A DNA stretch of 62,068 bases, filler included, from Candidatus Woesearchaeota archaeon (lineage in GTDB: Archaea; Nanobdellota; Nanobdellia; Woesearchaeales; BM511): NCBI GenBank assembly GCA_023266675.1. It is 5 parts of 5 records of this genome, joined end to end, with 100 filler letters (N's around TTAATTAATTAA, not from the genome) between each part and the next. Parts side by side here need not be neighbours in the genome. Positions count along the whole stretch, not along the records: positions 1 to 21,924 come from JAHFPP010000015.1; 4 more parts are not named here. The stretch is one strand, 5' to 3'. Numbering within the stretch: position 1 is the first letter of the stretch; each line of letters opens with the position of its first letter. A program made the translations under genes and the position numbers. Shown piece after piece: positions 1 through 7,974 of this stretch. Below the pieces are notes generated by a model. That model searched no databases, was not told where the DNA came from, and saw only the letters and a list, made by a program, of their open reading frames with translations.

Positions 1-229
1 TGAAATTCGTCAATATCAACTAATTTTACTTCAACAAGCTGCTTTAAATTGTAATGAACTGTTGGTAAAGGAATGTTTAATTCTTCAGCTATCTTTGTCT
101 CTGTAGAATGCTTGGTTTTGATAAATGGTCAAGTATTTTTCTGCAAGTGTCACTGTTTACTACCTGCGCTATCTTCTTCGCCTTTGAATCTGAAAGCGAT
201 AATAATAGGAATGATTCGTCTTTTGCCAT
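1..229 (-). CDS. ArsR-type winged-HTH regulator, N-terminal part (continues at 55765-55402 through contig overlap)
   Basis: Manual translation from ATG 229: MAKDESFLLLSLSDSKAKKIAQVVNSDTCRKILDHLS; with one extra T (present in the duplicate at 55881-55885) it continues TETKIAEELNIPLPTVHYNLKQLVEVKLV, a typical ArsR HTH. Confidence 0.8.
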
Positions 230-323
230 TATAACAATAAAATTGAGAGTATATATAAATATAAAGGATGGGTTTAATTGAGATTAAAGCTAAAATAATT
301 TTAAAGATATTATTTTTTGCAGA

Positions 324-668
324 TTAGTGTTTTTCATATCTTAGTGTTCCATGCCTTGGAAAATATGAATGGTCCGTTTGTTTTACAGTCAAAAGCAGCG
401 CAGAAGTATCTTTATACATTGAGTCAACTGGAAGCTCGACAATCATGCAATACTCATGATTAAATCTTTCTCTAACATCTGAAACCGCTTTGATAACGTT
501 AACATTTATATCTTCAATAATTTGGAAATCTCGTCTATGAATCCCTATTATTTCTGATATCTCTGCGATTATTCTTTCAGCGTGGTCGGTTTTATGAATA
601 ATTGATGGGTTATGATGATTATTTCTGTACCCTAATATAACTGAGTCCACAGATTTGGTGTTTGACAT
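324..668 (-). CDS. hypothetical protein
   Basis: 114-aa ORF with upstream TATA-like AT tract; no recognisable motif. Confidence 0.55.
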   Translation of the reverse strand: MSNTKSVDSVILGYRNNHHNPSIIHKTDHAERIIAEISEIIGIHRRDFQIIEDINVNVIKAVSDVRERFNHEYCMIVELPVDSMYKDTSALLLTVKQTDHSYFPRHGTLRYEKH

Positions 669-732
669 AAAAAAAGGATTTTGTGAATATATATAATATT
701 TATTTTAATATTTATCAAAAAAACAGGTAAGT

Positions 733-740
733 TTTATAAA
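733..740 (+). promoter_or_regulatory. TATA box of RNase P RNA gene
   Basis: TTTATAAA about 23 nt upstream of the RNA 5' end. Confidence 0.6.
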
Positions 741-762
741 GAAAAACACGTTTCTATCGTCT

Positions 763-1083
763 TGTAGGGAGGAGTTGGCTAACGGGTGAAAACACCTGAG
801 GAAAGTCCGCCCACAACAAAAGGCTACTGTTGCAAAGCAGGAGGAGAGATCCTCGGCAACCGCAAAAGAAACGAGACCACTTTTTACATGGGATGATAGA
901 TGCGACGCATTAGGCGACTAATGCAAGATAACCTCTTGACGTCGTAAAAAGAACGGATGAAACGGCGAGTCCTTGCTTGTGCAAGTCAATTTTTGACGCT
1001 TAGTTGAATGCCAAAAAAGCCATCGGCTAAATTGCTATATTTTAGCTTTGGGCTTATACAAAAGGCGGCTTACACCCCCTACA
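763..1083 (+). ncRNA. rnpB: archaeal RNase P RNA
   Basis: GC-rich island with conserved regions GAGGAAAGTCC (CR-I), AAAGAAAC, GGATGAAACGG, GTGCAAG, GCTTAG..GAATG and ACAAAAGGCGGCTTAC (CR-V); P1 TGTAGGG/CCCTACA; T-tract downstream. Confidence 0.93.
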
Positions 1084-1175
1084 CCTTTTTTAAAGAAAAA
1101 CAAAAACGTTTTTCTAAATTTAATTGCTATTAAATTACCGACAATTTTAAATATAAGACAAAAAATCTTCAAAAC

Positions 1176-1352
1176 ATGAGCAAAGACAATAAGATATCAA
1201 TGCCGAGTTCAACAGCTGGACTTACAAGGTATTTTGATGATTATAAATCAAAACTTTCATTTAAGCCTCAAGTTGTCATAGTATTTGTTATAATAATAAT
1301 ATTAATTGAAATGCTGCTTCATAGTCAAGGACTTAAAATTCTAGGGATTTAA
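1176..1352 (+). CDS. secG: preprotein translocase subunit Sec61beta (archaeal SecG); not in ORF track
   Basis: MSKDNKISMPSSTAGLTRYFDDYKSKLSFKPQVVIVFVIIIILIEMLLHSQGLKILGI: AGLxRYF motif, P before a single TM helix. Confidence 0.9.
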   Translation: MSKDNKISMPSSTAGLTRYFDDYKSKLSFKPQVVIVFVIIIILIEMLLHSQGLKILGI

Positions 1353-1353
1353 A

Positions 1354-1704
1354 ATGTTTCCAGGCGTAAATAAGCGACAGATGGACCAGATGATGAAAAA
1401 GATGGGTATCCAGCAGCAAGAAATAGATGCCAAGCAAGTCATTATAAGATGTGAAGACAGGGACATCATAATTGAAAGACCGCAAGTGTCAAAAGTCAAT
1501 ATGATGGGTCAAAAAACCTATCAAATAGTTGGTGAAGAGCATGAAAAAATGCATAACACCATGCCTGAGATTAATGACGATGATATAAAAACGGTTATGG
1601 AGCAGGCTGGCGTTGACAAAATGAAAGCCAAAGAAGCTCTTCTTTCAACAAAAGGCGACATCGCAGAAGCAATAATGAACCTGACTGAAGACGAGCAGAG
1701 TTAA
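1354..1704 (+). CDS. nac: nascent polypeptide-associated complex protein
   Basis: MMKKMGI, VIIR, GQKTYQIVG NAC domain plus C-terminal UBA (DIKTVMEQAGV..GDIAEAIMNL). Confidence 0.93.
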   Translation: MFPGVNKRQMDQMMKKMGIQQQEIDAKQVIIRCEDRDIIIERPQVSKVNMMGQKTYQIVGEEHEKMHNTMPEINDDDIKTVMEQAGVDKMKAKEALLSTKGDIAEAIMNLTEDEQS

Positions 1705-1749
1705 GAATTATATCGACACCTTTTTATATTCTCAAGCCATACTTAATTT

Positions 1750-2226
1750 ATGGTTGAAATTTTAGCTGAATTTGACAACGCAAAGAAGCATTTGAAGCTT
1801 GCAGACCATATGTTAACAATGACTTATCCAGTAGTAAACGACCCGAAACTTCTTTTGTCAGTAATTGAAAACCTTAATTTAACGTTCTCTTCAGCAATAT
1901 CCGCTGTGTTAATGTATGAAAGAGATTTAAGACAGATTCCTCCATATCATGACACAATTGATGGAAGACTTGACTTTTTTAAGAATAAATCTGCTGAAAA
2001 GTTTAATATATCACCTAATTACATAAAAATGATTGAGGAAATAAAGGATCTTGTTCAGGAGCATAAAGAGTCTCCGATTGAATTTTCAAAAAAAAACGAA
2101 TATGTTATATGTTCAGATGAATTTAAAAGATTAAAGACAATAAATATTAAAGAGATGAAAGAGTATATTGCCAAAGCAAAGCTTTTTATAGCAGAAATCT
2201 CAAACATTATAGAGGCTAAGAAATAA
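1750..2226 (+). CDS. hypothetical all-helical protein (possibly HEPN-like), apparent paralogue of 2330-2791
   Basis: AKKHLKLADHMLTMTYP aligns with AREELKRVDHLIYVSLK of the next gene. Confidence 0.7.
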   Translation: MVEILAEFDNAKKHLKLADHMLTMTYPVVNDPKLLLSVIENLNLTFSSAISAVLMYERDLRQIPPYHDTIDGRLDFFKNKSAEKFNISPNYIKMIEEIKDLVQEHKESPIEFSKKNEYVICSDEFKRLKTINIKEMKEYIAKAKLFIAEISNIIEAKK

Positions 2227-2333
2227 TGAAGGAATCGTTAGATGACGCAAGGGAAGAGCTTAAACGTGCAACCTTTTACAAAAATGTTGAACAAAATATG
2301 GCGGACTTAAAAGTCCACATGGTGACAATATGA
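2226..2333 (+). pseudogene. 35-codon ORF: synonymously divergent duplicate of the first 14 codons of 2330-2791, reading through a repeat element
   Basis: MKESLDDAREELKRATFYKNVEQNMADLKVHMVTI*; starts in a TAATG overlap with the upstream stop and ends in an ATGA overlap with the real start. Confidence 0.7.
2269..2320 (+). repeat. dispersed double-hairpin element, copy E1
   Basis: CAACCTTTTACAAAAATGTTG-AACAAAATAT-GGCGGACTT-AA-AAGTCCAC. Confidence 0.75.
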
Positions 2334-2791
2334 AAGAATCATTAGATGATGCACGTGAAGAGCTAAAGCGTGTTGACCACTTAATCTATGTAAGCCTGAA
2401 ATATACAAGAACAGTAGATGTTTTGCTTAATGTCATAAAGAGACTTATTGATGCATATGATTTTGCAATTGATGCCATACTGGGCTATGCACAGGAGAAG
2501 GGTATGCTTGAAGAGGATATCCCTACAAATCCTCTTTCAAAAGCTGACCTCATACTTAAAAAATTCCATGATCCTGTAATTAAGGATAATATTGAACTTT
2601 ACCTGCTTTTTAGGAAGATTGTTAAGGCAGATTATGAAAGATTCAATGAATACCGTAGGCACGTAACTTTAAAAACAATGGTTGATAATAGGGATATTGA
2701 AATAAAAATTGATAACATCACAGAATATTATAATATAATAAAGGAATTCGTAAAATATATTGACAATCTTATAAACGAAGTAAAAGAGTAA
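2330..2791 (+). CDS. hypothetical all-helical protein (possibly HEPN-like)
   Basis: 153-aa ORF, GGTGA SD at 2321, DHLIYVSLKYTRT and EYRRHVT motifs. Confidence 0.75.
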   Translation: MKESLDDAREELKRVDHLIYVSLKYTRTVDVLLNVIKRLIDAYDFAIDAILGYAQEKGMLEEDIPTNPLSKADLILKKFHDPVIKDNIELYLLFRKIVKADYERFNEYRRHVTLKTMVDNRDIEIKIDNITEYYNIIKEFVKYIDNLINEVKE

Positions 2792-2800
2792 ACAAAAGCC

Positions 2801-3577
2801 ATGACACGTTTCGTCGTTATAGCATCTGGAAAAGGAGGTGTAGGAAAGACCACAACAGTTATCAATCTAGGAACTGCTTTGTCTAATTTTGGGCGTGATG
2901 TTATTATTCTTGACGCAAATATTTCTACGCCAAACATGGGCCTTCACCTTGGAGTGCCTAGCGTGCCTGTAACACTTAATGATGTTTTTGAAGGAAGGAA
3001 GAAAATTAAAGATGCTGCATATCTCCACCCTTCAGGACTTAAGGTAATCCTTTCAAGCATATCAATGGAAAAGTATCATGAAGAACATATTAGTAAATTA
3101 AAAGAGGTTATTGATGATCTTGAAGGAGCATCTGAAGTAGTTATAATTGACGCTGCAGCTGGTTTAGGACGCGAGGCAAAAACAGCCATCTCTGTTGCTG
3201 ATGAAGCAATAATTGTAACAACGCCTGACATACCTTCTGTAACTGATGCCTTGAAGACAATAAAAACAGCTGAGAAAGTTGGCACAAAAGTGATTGGTAT
3301 AGTTCTGACAAAAGTCAATAATGATAATTTGGAAATGACAATTAAAAATGTCGAGACTATTCTTGAAAAGCCTGTTATAGGTGTAATACCTCATGATAAT
3401 GCTGTTAGAAAATCATTATATCTAAAAAATCCTGTAAATTATACTCATCCTTCGTCAGCAGCATCAATTGCTTATAAAAAACTTGCCTCAAAATTGATAG
3501 GAGAAAAATATGTTGAATCAGTTGAAGAAGAGGAACCTTTGCATAAGTACATTCTAAGACGTCTTGGGCTGATATAA
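2801..3577 (+). CDS. minD: archaeal MinD-family ATPase
   Basis: Deviant Walker A SGKGGVGKTT, DAN, VIIDAAAG, C-terminal amphipathic tail YILRRLGLI. Confidence 0.9.
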   Translation: MTRFVVIASGKGGVGKTTTVINLGTALSNFGRDVIILDANISTPNMGLHLGVPSVPVTLNDVFEGRKKIKDAAYLHPSGLKVILSSISMEKYHEEHISKLKEVIDDLEGASEVVIIDAAAGLGREAKTAISVADEAIIVTTPDIPSVTDALKTIKTAEKVGTKVIGIVLTKVNNDNLEMTIKNVETILEKPVIGVIPHDNAVRKSLYLKNPVNYTHPSSAASIAYKKLASKLIGEKYVESVEEEEPLHKYILRRLGLI

Positions 3578-4123
3578 ATGACAAAAGATTTAAGAAAAAG
3601 GCTTGAGGATAAAGGATGGGAACCTGAATATATAGAAAAAGCAGTTAGTGTTATTGAAGAAAACAATAAAGCACGAGGTTCTATTATAACTAAACTTGAT
3701 AGGCTTGTTTATTGGATTGCAATGATTGTTGCTATTGTTGGAAATTTTATAATATCAATTATTCTTGTGCCGTTTCTTGTAAGCATAACAAATAAGATTG
3801 CTCTTGGAATAATAATATTTTGCATTGCAATGTCTTTTGGTTTTCTGTTCAACGTTCTTTTGAGGGATATTAAAGAGATAGACAGCCAACACTATATTGT
3901 GTCTGATATATTTATACCTGCTCTTGCATTGATAAATACTTTTGTGATAACAAATGTTGCCAATCATTTCATAAATTTATTGAATATTCAGACAGCGCAC
4001 AATCCTGTGTATATTGGAGTAATTTATGTGTCTGGTTTTGTTATACCTTATTTGGCTGACAAATTTTTCAATAAAGAGAAAATTATAAAAAAAGAAGAAA
4101 TTTTAAAGCAAACTACAGGGTAA
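3578..4123 (+). CDS. membrane protein (about 4 TM) with small N-terminal helical domain
   Basis: Abuts the minD stop; four hydrophobic segments. Confidence 0.75.
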   Translation: MTKDLRKRLEDKGWEPEYIEKAVSVIEENNKARGSIITKLDRLVYWIAMIVAIVGNFIISIILVPFLVSITNKIALGIIIFCIAMSFGFLFNVLLRDIKEIDSQHYIVSDIFIPALALINTFVITNVANHFINLLNIQTAHNPVYIGVIYVSGFVIPYLADKFFNKEKIIKKEEILKQTTG

Positions 4124-4129
4124 AAATAT

Positions 4130-4540
4130 ATGACAGATGACATTAACACTCTTCTTGAATGGATAATAGCGTATGCAAAGAACAAGGATATAATAAAAAA
4201 AGAGATTAAAGATTATAAAATTCTTAAAAATTACGTTGAATTTGAAATGAAAGACAAGAAATATACTTATTATGCATACCCAGAGCTTAATGATGAAATT
4301 CTTGACAAATGCTCTGAGGGATGGGTTACTGCAGTGTGCTTAAACAGCAAGAAAAACATTAATTTTGTCGTATCAAACTGGGATAAACTTACTAAAAACA
4401 ATAAGTTTTCATTAATATTTGCCCACCCATCATCAAACCAGAGATGGATAATATTTCCTTATACGCATGATAAGATTACTGAAAGAAAAACGCTAAAACT
4501 TGGTCTTGAAGCGATGGCTGCAGAAGTTTCTATGATTTGA
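4130..4540 (+). CDS. hypothetical protein
   Basis: 136-aa ORF co-oriented with the minD cluster; WIIFPYTH motif. Confidence 0.7.
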   Translation: MTDDINTLLEWIIAYAKNKDIIKKEIKDYKILKNYVEFEMKDKKYTYYAYPELNDEILDKCSEGWVTAVCLNSKKNINFVVSNWDKLTKNNKFSLIFAHPSSNQRWIIFPYTHDKITERKTLKLGLEAMAAEVSMI

Positions 4541-4562
4541 GAATTCTAAAAAAATAAAAAAA

Positions 4563-4841
4563 TTAATTGTTCTGCGCTTCGTCGTCGCCTGAGTATGATG
4601 GAACAGCTGATTTTGAGATTATCATTACGTCGCCCATAGCTTTTACAAGCTGGTGCGGCACGATAACGCCTTTAGCGTTTCCAAGCACATTTGCCAAAAA
4701 TGAGTTTTTGGTTGCTCGTACTCTCCATCCAAAGACTTTGTTTGATGTGACAATTGATTCTTCAACATCACCAAAGTAGTCTCCGCCGTCTGTAAATACC
4801 TTCATATTGTAAGTTTCACTTATTTTTTTCATCTTAAGCAT
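4563..4841 (-). CDS. PRC-barrel protein (CdpB-like archaeal cell-division family)
   Basis: MKVFTDGGDYFGDVEE...GVIVPHQLVKAMGDVMII PRC-barrel pattern; start moved to ATG 4841 after GGGAGGGG SD. Confidence 0.85.
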   Translation of the reverse strand: MLKMKKISETYNMKVFTDGGDYFGDVEESIVTSNKVFGWRVRATKNSFLANVLGNAKGVIVPHQLVKAMGDVMIISKSAVPSYSGDDEAQNN

Positions 4842-4959
4842 AGTTTCCCCTCCCAAAATATTTTTTCCTGAGTGAATATCCTCTATGATTGATTAGAGGT
4901 CCATCTTTATAAGTTTTTCTCTTTGAGTAGTACTTTATCCCAAAAGCATTATAAAGTAG

Positions 4960-5664
4960 ATGAAAGAAAAAGACAGGATGACAGGAAGAATCAGTATCAT
5001 CGGCTCGTCCCATATTGCAAAGGAAAGCGTTGAAAGCGTGCGAAAAGAGATTGAAATCCATTCCCCTGACATTGTTGCTCTTGAACTTGACAGCCATCGT
5101 GCATACGCACTTATGCATAAAAAAGAGGTTGAAGGGAAAAAAAGCAGCAGAGAAATGATAAAGGCGCTTGGGTTTAAAGGATTCATAATTGCTTCAATTG
5201 CAAGTTATACGCAAAAAAAGCTTGGGGATATGGTTGGTGTTGACCCTGGCTCTGAGATGAAAGAAGCGTTGATTGTTGCTAAAAGCAAAGGGATTAAAGT
5301 TGCTTTTATTGATCAAGATGTTAATGTTACACTAAAAAAGTTCTCAAAAGCCATAGGATGGAAGGAGAAATGGCAGTTTATCAAGGATATTTTTGAAGTA
5401 AGCATCAATCCAAAGAAAAGAAAACTGAAGTTTGATATAAGCAAAGTTCCTGAAGAGAAGATAATAGAGGAGATGATTTTGGAAGTTGAGAAAAAATATC
5501 CAAATATCCACAGAGTGCTTGTTGAGGAAAGAAATGTCATAATGGCAAAGAAGCTTTACACGCTTTCAAGAAATCACCCTGACGCAAAAATTCTTGCAGT
5601 TGTTGGCGCAGGACATAAAGCTGAAATAATTAAGATTCTAAAAAAACTTGAGAAAGAGAATTAA
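4960..5664 (+). CDS. TraB/PrgY (GumN) family protein
   Basis: IIGSSHI, PDIVALELD, PGSEM, LVEERN, AVVGAGH motifs. Confidence 0.9.
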   Translation: MKEKDRMTGRISIIGSSHIAKESVESVRKEIEIHSPDIVALELDSHRAYALMHKKEVEGKKSSREMIKALGFKGFIIASIASYTQKKLGDMVGVDPGSEMKEALIVAKSKGIKVAFIDQDVNVTLKKFSKAIGWKEKWQFIKDIFEVSINPKKRKLKFDISKVPEEKIIEEMILEVEKKYPNIHRVLVEERNVIMAKKLYTLSRNHPDAKILAVVGAGHKAEIIKILKKLEKEN

Positions 5665-5748
5665 AAGGCATCATCGTAAATATTGATTTTAATACATTTC
5701 TCGGTTCTATCAAAAGTTATTTAAACTTAACACTCAACTATTGATGTT

Positions 5749-6492
5749 ATGAAGCATTATTCACTTGGTTCAATAATATACGGATTTCGGCTGTATGGAA
5801 AATTCTCTGCAAAAGAATTCAAGCAGTTCATGATAACTATAGTCATACTTGGATTTTTAATTGGTTTCAATGATAAAAAATCAACCACATCAATTGATGC
5901 TTATTATATTTATTTCATGCTTTTTTCAATGGCTGCAGTTGCGCTTGCAATTTTACTAAAACTTTTTGTTCAAAGATATTTTTTATACAAATTTGGATAT
6001 AATCCTGAATATGAATATTCAATAAACAGCCTTCTTATAGGTGTTGTGCTTATTTTTGCAACAGAAGGATACATATGGTTTTTACCGTCAGGTGCAACTA
6101 CAGCTACGCTTTTGCAGAGTGAAAGGCTTGGAAAATGGAGGATGGGACTTAAGCATGTGGAGCACGCAAGGGCTTTGGCATTTGGAATTATTGCTCTTGT
6201 TTTTTTTACAATACTTCTAAAATTCTTTGTGACGCCTGGAAGTGTTTTTTTAAATCATATGATAAAAATAAATCTGGCAATAGCATTTTACAGCCTTCTG
6301 CCTACGCCAGAAAGTGATGGGATATACATTTTCTTTGGTGGATATAGATGGCTGTGGGTATTTACATTGGCATTTGTTCTTTGTGTAATTGTCTTAATGA
6401 AACTTCTTGCAAGCCCATGGCTTATACTTTTTACTGCTCTTGGAATTGCAGGTTTTATTGGAATTATGGCAGGGTTTAAATGGTGGAATTAG
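5749..6492 (+). CDS. M50/site-2-protease-like membrane protein lacking HExxH
   Basis: Multi-TM; INLAIAFYSLLPTPESDG resembles the NLLPxxxxDG motif; no HExxH. Confidence 0.65.
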   Translation: MKHYSLGSIIYGFRLYGKFSAKEFKQFMITIVILGFLIGFNDKKSTTSIDAYYIYFMLFSMAAVALAILLKLFVQRYFLYKFGYNPEYEYSINSLLIGVVLIFATEGYIWFLPSGATTATLLQSERLGKWRMGLKHVEHARALAFGIIALVFFTILLKFFVTPGSVFLNHMIKINLAIAFYSLLPTPESDGIYIFFGGYRWLWVFTLAFVLCVIVLMKLLASPWLILFTALGIAGFIGIMAGFKWWN

Positions 6493-6764
6493 TTAAAACT
6501 TATAAGTCCAAATACTCCTTTCTGAATTAGATAAACAGCAAATATATATGATAAAAACGAGTGAAATCCAAACATAAGAAGGATGATATATACTCCTACA
6601 AAGAAGTCTATCATGCTCGCTATGTCTCCTCTGAATAAAAACCATTTTATTGCAAGATAAAACGCTGCAGCAATCCCTATATTCCATGGAAGTATCGAAT
6701 AATGAAGCAAAAGTATTATTGCCGCAGTAATTAAATCTGCAATGCTGAATATCTTTATCATCAT
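6489..6764 (-). CDS. small membrane protein
   Basis: 91 aa, almost entirely hydrophobic. Confidence 0.7.
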   Translation of the reverse strand: MMIKIFSIADLITAAIILLLHYSILPWNIGIAAAFYLAIKWFLFRGDIASMIDFFVGVYIILLMFGFHSFLSYIFAVYLIQKGVFGLISFN

Positions 6765-6805
6765 AAAACAAGTTTTATATATAATTATAAAAACATAACC
6801 TTTAA

Positions 6806-7372
6806 ATGATAAAAAAAATTGATGTTGATGTGTGGAAGATTAAAGGCGACGCAAATGTATATTTTCTTAACTTTGACAAAAAGATTATTATTGACACTGG
6901 AAAAAGAAGTGAAAGGCATAATATAGCAATGCTTCTTAAGCACATCATTGAACTTGAAAAAATCGATGCGGTCATAATCACGCATCTTCATTATGACCAT
7001 ACTGGAAACATTGATTTATTTCCAAATGCAAAGATTTACGCGTCAAAGGAAACAATTGATGAATTTAATAATAATCCGTCTGGTTCTGTTCTTGATGAAG
7101 AAATAGTTGAAAGACTAAAGAATGTTGAATTCAATGTCTTACCTTCCAAGTTTGAAGGATTGGATTTGATTAATACTCCGGGTCATACAAGCGGAAGCGT
7201 TTGTTTATGGGACGCAAAAAGAAAAATACTTTTTTCTGGAGACACTTTGTTTGACAGGCGGCAGTTTGGACGAACTGATTTACCCACAAGCGAAGAGGAG
7301 AAACTCATGCAGAGCATAATCAAGCTCTCAAAATACCCATACGAACATCTCTGCCCAGGGCATGATTATTGA
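6806..7372 (+). CDS. MBL-fold metallo-hydrolase (glyoxalase II-like)
   Basis: IIDTG, THLHYDH, TPGHT, LFSGDTLF, PGH motifs. Confidence 0.92.
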   Translation: MIKKIDVDVWKIKGDANVYFLNFDKKIIIDTGKRSERHNIAMLLKHIIELEKIDAVIITHLHYDHTGNIDLFPNAKIYASKETIDEFNNNPSGSVLDEEIVERLKNVEFNVLPSKFEGLDLINTPGHTSGSVCLWDAKRKILFSGDTLFDRRQFGRTDLPTSEEEKLMQSIIKLSKYPYEHLCPGHDY

Positions 7373-7390
7373 GGATAAATAGTTAAGAAT

Positions 7391-7747
7391 TTATTCATTC
7401 CACAAATCTTTTAGTTCTTCAAGTGTGTAGACTTTGTCTTTATCGTACTTTGGTGCTTCTTTTTGCTTTGGTCGAAATTTCTTGTTTATGTTGTACTCGC
7501 TGTTGTCTACACCTTCCTTGGCTTTTTTTAGTGATATTGGTCCGCAGTTTTTGCATAAAAAGAAAGCCCCCCATTTGGATTCCTTGACATCCATCATCTC
7601 GCCGCATGCGCATTTTTTTTCTTCAAGAACATCTTTTAAATGGTCATGGCAAACAGTGAGTCCCTGGCTATTTTTAGCCAAAGCTGTTTTGCTACAAAAG
7701 ACGCATGTGTCTTCTTTGCTTTGCCCGTAAATCTTTTTTCTAAACAT
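7391..7747 (-). CDS. zinc-finger protein
   Basis: CVFC, CHDH, CACG, WGAFFLCKNC. Confidence 0.75.
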   Translation of the reverse strand: MFRKKIYGQSKEDTCVFCSKTALAKNSQGLTVCHDHLKDVLEEKKCACGEMMDVKESKWGAFFLCKNCGPISLKKAKEGVDNSEYNINKKFRPKQKEAPKYDKDKVYTLEELKDLWNE

Positions 7748-7816
7748 TTAAATCATCTTTTTTATAGTCGTTAATACAGTTGTTATATAAAACTTATCAA
7801 AGCATAAGCCACTAAA

Positions 7817-7876
7817 CAACCTTTTAGAAAAGCTTGAGTAAAACAGTTCGGACTATCTCATTTTTAGAGATAGTCC
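7817..7876 (+). repeat. dispersed double-hairpin element, copy E2
   Basis: CAACCTTTTAGAAAAGCTTG-AGTAAAACAGTTC-GGACTATCTC-ATTTTTA-GAGATAGTCC (10-bp perfect stem). Confidence 0.65.
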
Positions 7877-7974
7877 TTAGCCTCGAGCGTCAACGGACGA
7901 AACGGTTGGGTCACTGGACATTTGGACATGCATGCGGCAAACCTATTTAAAGCAAAACCTCCTTTCATTTAAGT

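Noticed and set aside
7877..7905. Hammerhead ribozyme suggested by GTC-AACG-GAC-GAAAC
   Set aside because: The required CUGANGA core is absent (reads CTCGAGC)
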